From positions 96,001 to 160,000 of the forward strand of contig CAWFJJ010000024.1 in NCBI GenBank assembly GCA_963816185.1: a DNA stretch of 64,000 nt, read 5' to 3'. This document shows, in pieces, positions 54,747-62,619 of the stretch (the first letter of the stretch is position 1; each line of letters starts with the position of its first letter). This DNA comes from Thermoanaerobaculia bacterium. Lineage in GTDB: Bacteria; Acidobacteriota; Thermoanaerobaculia; UBA5066. Under the pieces are notes generated by a model. The model did not search any database, was not told where the DNA came from, and saw only the letters and a list, made by a program, of their open reading frames with translations. The translations under genes and the position numbers were made by a program.

Positions 54747-56172
54747 CGTTGTCCTCCGGCGCCGGCTTCGCCGTCGAGCGCGACGAGCTGATACCAGCCG
54801 TCCGTCGCGGGGAAGGCGCCGGGCACGCCGTGCCGCCCTTCAGGATCCAGACCTCGGCGGCGACGCGCGGCCGGGGGCGAGCGGCGCGCGTGGGGATGCC
54901 CTGGTCGAGGCCGGCCATGGCCCTCTCGGAGAGGCGAAGCAGGAAAGCCGTCCGCCGGCCCTTCGGGTCCAGCCCCGCGTAGTCCGCGGACGCGCCGTCC
55001 GCGCGGCGTTTCCAATCGAGGCCGCGCGCTCCGGCGGGGAGGAGCGCAGGCGCGAAGGGCGGGATCTCGTCCGCGGCGAGAGCCGGGATCTCCGGCCACG
55101 CTCCGCTCTTCCTCTCTGGTCCGTGATGGCGTCGACCGAGACGAGGAGCGCCTGGAAAATGGTCTGGTCCGTCCCCGCGAGGACCGAGGTCGCCGCGGGC
55201 GCGCCGGAGCGGTCGAGGGTCTTCACGCGCACAGCCCCGGCGACGAGAAGATCGCCAGCGCCGCGCCGACCCACGCGGCTTCCCGGGCGGCGCTCGGCGG
55301 GCGGACGACGCGTCCCGGCGCGTCCACGAGGTGCATCATCGCGCCCGCCCCGCGCCGAACCGGACCCGCAGTGTGGCGCTCGTGACCTCGGACGGCGGCT
55401 CCGCCGGGTCGGACGGGTATTCGGTCAGCCTCCTGCTGCGATCCGTGGCGGGCACGTCGGCGGCGAGGAGAGCCGCGCCGTTCCCCGCCGCCGCGACGAC
55501 TTCCTTCCAGCCCGCGCGGCCTTCGAAGTTCGTGTCGGAGAACGTCACCGCCGCGACGCCTTCCTTCGAGACGATCGCCTCGAGGTCCAGCGTCAGTCGC
55601 GCGGTGGGGAGGTCCGCGACTCCGGGCGCGAACTCGAGCGCGCTCCTGACGATGGTGAGCGCGACGCGCGCGCCTCCAACGGTGAGAACGAGGCCCGGAA
55701 GAAAGCGCGCGGCGAGGTCGTCCCGCATCTTCGCGAGCGCCTCCCCCCGCGGCGCGCTCGTCAGGCTCGAATCCGACAGCGCCTTCTGCGTCGGGATCTC
55801 CGCGAAATCGATCACGTGCGTCACGTCGATGCCCCCCGCGCGCGGCGACAGCCGCGTCCAGCGGTTCACGGAGAAATTGCCCATGGGATGGGAGAGAGAT
55901 TTTGCTGAAGAGAAGAGAAGAAAGAGGAAGACAAATACAGAGAAAGATTTTCTTAGAAGGGAAGAGGGGAACGGGGCTGTTCCTGATGCAGCCGCCGCGA
56001 GAAGAGAAACGCTTCCATTTCTTATATGCGGCGGCTGCTGATGCGGCCGCCGATAGATGGAAATCTGTTCCCGAATGACCGATGTCAAGGGTCGGCGACC
56101 GCTGCGCGGCGCGCGAAGCGCGCCCTTGACATCGGTCATTCGGGAAATACGGTCCCGCTCTCTCTTATTCAT
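54743..56172 (-). CDS. Secreted protein with HPMGNF N-terminal domain typical of Ni/Co transporter-associated proteins; C-terminal half broken by frameshifts
   Basis: HPMGNFSVNR, D.AEIPT, GWKEVV, S.RLT.YP.D; ATG overlaps TPR gene stop; N-terminus reads through a repeat element. Confidence 0.6.
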
Positions 56173-56235
56173 TAGCAGAAATCTCTTTCTTCGTCTCTCC
56201 GTCTATCTCTTTCTCGATCTCCTCCTTCATCCTTC
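55893..56235 (+). repeat. Dispersed element copy IX with hairpin cassette (perfect 24-bp stem)
   Basis: AGATTTTCTTAGAAGGGAAG; TATATGCGGCGGCTGC-TGAT-GCGGCCGCCG; 56068-56091 / 56123-56146 perfect inverted repeat; TTCATTAGCAGAAATCTCT. Confidence 0.9.
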
Positions 56236-57418
56236 TCGCTTCGTCTGCGTAGAGCACGTGGAAGCGCGGATCGATCTCGAGCGCGCGCGTCAAATGGGCG
56301 AGCGCGGCCTGGCGATCGCCCGCGGCGCGTGCGATCGCGCCGGCGTGGAACTCGAAGAGGGGGTCGATCGTGCCCATCGCGAGGGCTTTCGCCATCGGCA
56401 GGGCGGCGTCCCGGGCGCGACCGGCCCGGTAGAGGCACCAGGCGTAGGCGTCGTATCCGCCGATGTCTTTGCGGGTCTCGAGCTCCTTCGACGTCATCTC
56501 GACGGCGCGTCTCGCGTCGCCGTGGTCCGCGAGATAGAGCGCGAGAAAGCGGTGGACCTTTCGCTCCTCGGCGGGCATGAGCGCCTCGAGCGTTTTCACC
56601 GTCGCCTTCGCGCGCTCTTCTCCGGCGGCGTCTCCCATGGCGTGCCGGTAGTCGACGAGGGCGGCTGCAACGGTGAACTCGGGGACGAACTCGAAGGAGC
56701 GTTCGGCGAGCCGCGTGGCCGGCTCCCAGAGTCCCTTGCGCGCCGCGATCTCCGCCGCGGCGGCGAGCGCAGGAGCGTGGTTCGGGACGCGGAGGAGGGC
56801 TTCGACGAGGCGCCCTTCCGCATCCTCGTACCGGTTCATCTTCAGGAGGATCCGCGCGGCGCGCGCGCGGCACCACGCGTAACCCTCGAGGTCGGTAGGC
56901 AGGGCGGCGTTCGCGGCAAGATCCATCGCGGCGAGCGCGCCGGCCAGGTCGCCCGCGACGTCCTTCGCGAGCGCGGCGCGGCTGTACGAGGCCGTGCAGG
57001 GCTTCGCGCTAACGAATCGGTCGTAAGCCGCGAAAGCATCCGGGTAGCGGCCCAGGTCGAAGAACGCGTCCCCGAGCGCGCCGTCCAGCTCCGGGTCGTC
57101 CGGCCGGTCCGCTTTCAGCGCCGCGGCCTCGCGCGCCAGCTCCTCGAAACGGTGGTGGGGAAGGAGGAGCCTCAGCCGGAACTTGAGGAGGCCGAAGTCG
57201 CCGGGCGAAGCGAGAAGGCCTTTCGCCACGGCCGCCTCGGAAGCGGCGAGATCGGCGCGATCCAGCGTCCGGCGGTAGCGCGCGTAGCGCTCTTCCGCGA
57301 GAGCGAGCGGGCCGGGCTCTCTCCGGGGGTTCGGAAGCCCGCGCCGCAAGGGCGATGAGAAGAGCGGCGGCCGCCGCTCTTGCGGGAAGAAGGAGCGAAA
57401 GCCGCCGCCGGAGAGCAT
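56165..57418 (-). CDS. Tetratricopeptide repeat protein (DUF4331-operon type)
   Basis: HRF, LGDA..DLGRY..A, DAYAW.LY..G, FHAG.I, ALEIDPRF. Confidence 0.85.
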   Translation of the reverse strand: MLSGGGFRSFFPQERRPPLFSSPLRRGLPNPRREPGPLALAEERYARYRRTLDRADLAASEAAVAKGLLASPGDFGLLKFRLRLLLPHHRFEELAREAAALKADRPDDPELDGALGDAFFDLGRYPDAFAAYDRFVSAKPCTASYSRAALAKDVAGDLAGALAAMDLAANAALPTDLEGYAWCRARAARILLKMNRYEDAEGRLVEALLRVPNHAPALAAAAEIAARKGLWEPATRLAERSFEFVPEFTVAAALVDYRHAMGDAAGEERAKATVKTLEALMPAEERKVHRFLALYLADHGDARRAVEMTSKELETRKDIGGYDAYAWCLYRAGRARDAALPMAKALAMGTIDPLFEFHAGAIARAAGDRQAALAHLTRALEIDPRFHVLYADEARRMKEEIEKEIDGETKKEISANE

Positions 57419-57430
57419 TCACGAAACAGC

Positions 57431-59071
57431 TTACTTGACGCTCGCGGGCTGGATCTTCACGAGGTCGTCGTGATCGCGCGCGATGCGGACGCGCTCCGCG
57501 AACTCCTCGTCGGAGATGCCCTCGGGGAAACCCTTCACGTTGGGGTCGCGGATCGCCTTGACCTGAGCGTTGTGCCCGGGCTGCGCCGGACCGGCGTGGA
57601 AGGCCGCGAAGCCGCTCGTGGGCGACCACATGAAGGGGAAGAAGTACCGGCAGCCGCGCTCCGGGAAGTCCACGCCGTCGCCGAGGAGATTGTTCGGCGA
57701 GCCGTTGAACCCCCCGCCCTGAAGCACTCCCGCCACGACGCGCAGCTCGATGTCGACGACGTCGTCGCAGGGCCGGCGGCCGTTCGGGAAGCCCGCGAGG
57801 TCGCTGCCGAGATAACCGAGCCGGCTCGCGCTGGAGAAAGGCGTCGGCGTCACGGCCGTGTTCAGCCGCAGCTCGTCCGCGTATACCTCGCCCGGATGCG
57901 TATTGATCGGGACATGGAACGGGTTTCCGGGCCGGAACCCGCGGAAGAGTGCGAGCTCGATGTCCGTGCGGGGGTTAGGAGGAACGTTGATGTTGAAGAG
58001 CACGTTCATATAGGTCGCGAGAATCGGAAAGAGCTCGCCCGGGGTCGACGCGTCGCCCTTGAACTGCGCCTCCGCCGAGGGCGGCTGCGAGTTCCAGAAG
58101 TCCTTGCGGCCGACGCCGACGAGGACCTCGTTCACGAGCGGATTGCCGAGGCGCGAACCTGAACGTACGCGCCGCTGTTCGTGACCGAGCCGTCGGCGTT
58201 GATCGTGCGCGAGGCGGGAATGCTGACCGAAGCCCAGCCTCCGATCACGGCGACCGAGTTCGCAGGGTCGCCCACCTGGAAGCCGACGGACGTGAGCTGC
58301 GCGATGGGAACCTGGAGCGCCGTCGCGAGGACCGTGTATCCGAAGAGGGTGTCCCGGCCGTTACCCGTGGCGCCGACACCCACGCCGGGCCGCCCGAGAC
58401 CGGCGCCGGTCTCGAGGTTGATGCCGTCAAAGACCATACCGAGGTCCACGAAGAAGGGATCCTGGCGGGGTCCGGCGAAGACGGAGATCTTGCCGTCCGC
58501 GCTCTTCTGGATGCCGTTCGGAATGTTCACGTAATCCGGGAACGTCTTGGATCCGATGTTCGGTGGGAAGACGGGCTGATCCGTGAGGATGCGCGTGATC
58601 TGGCCCGGCGGAGGGGTTCGCCGCGGGCCCGGTGATCTTGTCCAGGCTGTAGGTCTGGACGACGAGGAGGTTCGGATCCGTGATCGACGCGACGGGGGGC
58701 ACCGCATACAGGAACGTCGAGGGCTGCTTGTACGTCGTCTTGAACGTGAACCGGAAGGTCACGTCCTCCACCCCGTCGCCATTGTTGTCGATCTTGATGT
58801 CGTACCAGGCGCCGTCCTGAAAGCCCGCGTAGTTCGGGCCGCCCTGCGGCTCGATGAGCCCGTAGCGGCACGCGATGAGGTTCACCATCGAGGGGTCGTT
58901 CGGGTCGCGGAACATGTAGAAGTCCGTGTCGTCGAGGCTGGGGTTCTTGGACGTGAAAGGGGCCTCGTTGTGGCTGGACGCAAGCGCTCCGGCGGGCGCG
59001 AGGAGCGCGGCGGCCGCGAGAATTGCGGCCGAGACCAGGCGGCGAAGGCGCAGTTCTCCCGTTTTGGACAT
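57431..59071 (-). CDS. DUF4331 family secreted protein; two apparent frameshifts (~58610, ~58152)
   Basis: ASSHNEAP, D.TDFYMF, FAGPRQDPFFVDL, RLGNPLVNE, AGFPNGRRP.DDVVDIEL; AGGAG RBS. Confidence 0.85.
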
Positions 59072-59167
59072 GAAATCTCCTTATCGGCGAATCGAAGGTG
59101 GTTCGTTCCGTTCGGCGATCGATCTAAGAGCTTCTGACAGGCAGCACGGCTGACATCCGGAGCCTTG

Positions 59168-59194
59168 TACGAAGTGCCGGGCACGACTGGATGA
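59168..59194 (-). promoter_or_regulatory. ECF-type promoter upstream of DUF4331 operon
   Basis: Minus strand TCATCC-N17-CGTA, matching the promoter in front of the ECF sigma gene. Confidence 0.65.
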
Positions 59195-59245
59195 CCGAGA
59201 CCACGCGATCCCGCGTGCGAAAGGCGTGCCGGTAGAATCCGCCGC

Positions 59246-59344
59246 GGAAGCGCAAGGGGCCCGGCGGCCCTCCTGGTCTTCAAAACCAGCGTGCCCGTTC
59301 CGAGAGGGGCGGCGGGTGGGTTCGACCCCCACACGCTTCCGCCA
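59246..59344 (+). tRNA. selC: tRNA-Sec (anticodon UCA)
   Basis: GGAAGCG/CGCTTCC acceptor stem with G discriminator and encoded CCA, 6-bp D stem with 4-nt loop, CTGGT-CTTCAAA-ACCAG anticodon arm, long variable arm, GTGGG-TTCGACC-CCCAC T arm. Confidence 0.93.
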
Positions 59345-59501
59345 ACCTTTCCACAAAGCGCGGGCGGAAACGCGTCATCCGAAGTCCGCACCCTGGTGAC
59401 ACCCCTCACCTTTTGAAAGAACGGTCTGCGTGGCCCGGCCCGGTTGTTGCACCGGATGTAGGACCGGCACGAGGGATCGTGCCATGAGAGGAGGTTCGGC
59501 C

Positions 59502-59926
59502 ATGATCGCCCCCCTTCTTCTCGCCGCCGCAGCAGCGATATCCGTCCCGCACTCGCCGTTCGCGCCTCCCAACCCATCGTCGTGAGCCGCGAGGCGCCGC
59601 AGAGAGTGGAGGGAGGGAGCCTGAACCTCGTCGCATATTGCGACGCGAAAGGTCAGTCCTGGATCATGGCGACGAACGCCGGGCCGAGCGCCTTCGACGT
59701 GTTGTGGACCTTGACCGCCAACAAGCCGGGGTACCCGCCGGACCAGTGGTCGAGCGTCAGCCGCGTTGAACCCGGACAATTCGAAGCGTGGATGTCGCCC
59801 GCGCCGTCCTTGCATCTCGACATTCGTTACGACGACGATGGCCTCCCCGCCACGAAGAGCATCGACACATCGTGCTCGGGTACCGCCGCCCTGGTCGGCG
59901 GGCTCGGTGAAGGGCTCGGGGAGTAG
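59502..59926 (+). CDS. Hypothetical secreted protein, apparent frameshift near 59570
   Basis: GGAGG RBS, MIAPLLLAAAAAI signal-like start; continues in the 59582..59926 frame. Confidence 0.45.
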
Positions 59927-59939
59927 AACGAAATCGGCG

Positions 59940-60750
59940 CGAAGATCTAGAACAGCGTCGCGAGCTGGTACGTGCCGTCGTTCGACGTGTTGTCGACCTC
60001 GACCCCGTAGCCACGGCGTTGTCGGACGCCGTGATGTAGATCCCTCCGTTCGTCGGCGGAATTCGCCGCGTACTGCGCCGAGCCGAAAGGAGACAACGTG
60101 AAGCTGAAAGGGCTGCCGACCGCGAAGTTGTTCGCGTCAACGCCTCGAAGTGACGGTCTGGAAATTCGGCGAGTTGCTCGCGCACCCGACGTTCGTACGT
60201 TTCGTTGCGTTCACCGAGACGCCGATCACATAGCCCGGCAGGACGGTGTGATGTCCCCGAGATCGTCGGCGAACTGGACCGTGGTGGTGTAACGGCCGTT
60301 CAAGGTGTCCACGTAGACCTGGGAATTGACGATGAAGCCGAGCGATGGGTCCCCGCTGTCGAGATCGATGGCCGCTCCGCCCGTGTAGCCGAAGAGATCG
60401 TCGAGAATCCTGTTGAACGTTCGGGTCTGGCCGGGCCTCAACCTGATGAAGGTGTGGTCAATTTCCCCGCTGTTGACGCTCAACCCGACACGAATGCTCG
60501 TACTCGCGGTCACGGCGTTGAAGTGCTGGCCTTCGTCTTGAAGAAGGCGCCGAAAGCGCCGTGGACGTTGGCGGAGGTCGGGAGAAGGAGATGCGACACC
60601 GCGCCGCCGGCGGACGCCTGTCTGCCCTCTGCGGCTCGCGCTGTCGCGACTGTTCGCCGAGGGGTCGTCGCCCCAGGTGGATGCGCTCGTAAGCCGACAC
60701 GGGGCTCATCGACATCGCAGCGAGCAGAAGGACGGGGATCGTGACGACTT
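59940..60750 (-). pseudogene. Fragmented secreted protein gene (frameshifts probably assembly errors)
   Basis: Coding-like pieces LLPTSANVHGAFGAFFKT, IRLRPGQTRTFNRILDDLFG, SQVYVD, GIYITASDNA in different frames. Confidence 0.4.
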
Positions 60751-60999
60751 TCGTTCGAAACTCCTTGTTGAAGGTCGTCGATAGCCTATCAGCGCGCGGG
60801 TGCCGACTGAAAAGCGGCCCGGCGGGGAACGGGCCACGGAAATCGAAAAAATGTGAAATACGCCGCTAGTGTTCCGAAGCATACAGTGATGGGGTGGATT
60901 CGTCTAGGCGATAAAAGTGTCTATATGCCTCAATCATTTTCTGAATACGCGTGCCTTTGTTTGCGGGAGATGACATGATTCCGGCCTCGGGAGGCCCGC

Positions 61000-61940
61000 A
61001 TGATTCACGACAGCATCTCGGCACCATCGGAAACACCCCGTAGTCCGCATCAACCGGCTCGCGCCCGAGGGCACGACGATTACGTCAAGTGCGAGGCCTT
61101 CAACCCGATGAGCTCGGTGAAGGACCGGCTGGCGATCGCGATGATCGAGGACGCCGAGCGGCGCGGCGTATTGAAACCGGGCCAGACCGTCGTCGAGCCG
61201 ACGTCGGGAAACACCGGTATCGCGCTCGCGATGGTCTGCGCGGTCAAGGGGTACCCGTTCGTCGCCATCATGGCCGAGTCGTTCTCGGTGGAGCGCCGGA
61301 AGCTGATGAAGGGGCTCGGAGCGAAGGTGATCCTCGATCCCGGCGCCGAGCGCGGCTCCGGAATGGTGGAGATGGCGAACGAGCTCGCCGCGAAGCACGG
61401 CTGGTTCCTGCCGCAGCAATTCGAGAACCCTTCGAACCCGGAGTACCACCGCAGACGACCGGCCCGGAGATCCTCCGCGACTTCGCGGGCCGCCGGCTCG
61501 ACTACTTCGTCTCGGGCATCGGAACGGGTGGGACGCTGACAGGCGCCGGCGAGATGCTCAAGCTGGCGCGGCCCAACATCCGGATCGTCTTCACCGAGCC
61601 GGCCGCCGCGCCGATGGTGACGCAGGGCGCATGGGCGCCGCACAAGATCCAGGGCTGGACGACGGACTTCATTCCGGCGGTCTTCAACCGGAAGATCTAC
61701 GACGAGGTCGTCCTCGTGACCGACGTCGAGGCGCGCGACGCCGCGCGCGAACTCGCACAGAAGGAGGGGATCTTCTGCGGGATCTCGTCCGGAGGGACGT
61801 TCGAGGCGGCGCGGAAAGTTGCCGAGAAGGCCCCGAAGGGCTCGGTCCTCCTCGCGATGCTGCCCGACACGGGCGAGCGCTACCTCTCGACGATCCTCTT
61901 CGAGGGGATCAGCGAAGGAAGTGACGAGATTCCGGCCTGA
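61000..61940 (+). CDS. cysK: Cysteine synthase A; several apparent frameshifts
   Basis: [63 protein letters not shown]. Confidence 0.9.
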
Positions 61941-62127
61941 GCGCTCTCCCTCCGTCCCCAGGATCTCGTCGCGATCTTCCGCCGGCGGTTCGCGGAGGAT
62001 CCGCGTGCCGCGTTTCGCGACTGGTACGTGCTGCAGGAGCCCTGCGGGACGAGCGTGAGAGGCGGGAAGAGTTGGAGGAGACGGCCCGTGCGCTCGCGAG
62101 CGACCCGTGGAACAGGCGGGAACGCTG

Positions 62128-62540
62128 ATTATTTGTTCGAAAGGGAAGAGGCGGGGTTCCTGCGCAACCTCGCGGTGCTCTTCGGCTCGCGCGGTCCTGC
62201 CGAAAGTCTCGGCCTCTCGCTCTCCTTCTGTTGGAAGAATCTCTCGACGCCGCTGGCCCCGGCAATGAGCTGCGAGGCGCTGGGCGAGAACCTGGCATAA
62301 CCGGGACAGCGCGCTCCAGAAGTCGCGCGCTCGGCGGACGATCTCGGGGAGGCTCTCGCCTCCTACGAGCGCGCCTGACGGTGCGCGACGCCTCGCGCCG
62401 CGTCGCGCGGGAGGTGACGCTTCACGCCAAGGAATTGTTCTTCGAAAGCTGGCCAGGCGGAGCCCCGCCGGCGGGCCGAACACCTCGGGCCGCCATTGCC
62501 TCCTTCGAAGAATCTCTCTCTTCGGTCTGAGAAGAACTTC
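62128..62540. repeat. Degenerate element termini (copy X) within a broken hypothetical gene
   Basis: ATTTGTTCGAAAGGGAAGAG, TTGGAAGAATCTCTC, TTGTTCTTCGAAAG, CCTTCGAAGAATCTCTCTCTTC. Confidence 0.45.
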
Positions 62541-62619
62541 ACGCGCGGGATGGCGGCGACCGCCGCCGCTCTCGCCGAGGCGCGCCGGGCGCTTTCGTCG
62601 GGCTGCTAGGATCGCCGGG

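Noticed and set aside
13634-56235. CRISPR array or autonomous IS
   Set aside because: Repeats are dispersed, not regularly spaced with unique spacers; no cas, transposase or integrase gene in the window.
59345-61000. Intact integrative element at selC
   Set aside because: No integrase and no duplicated tRNA 3' end seen in the window.
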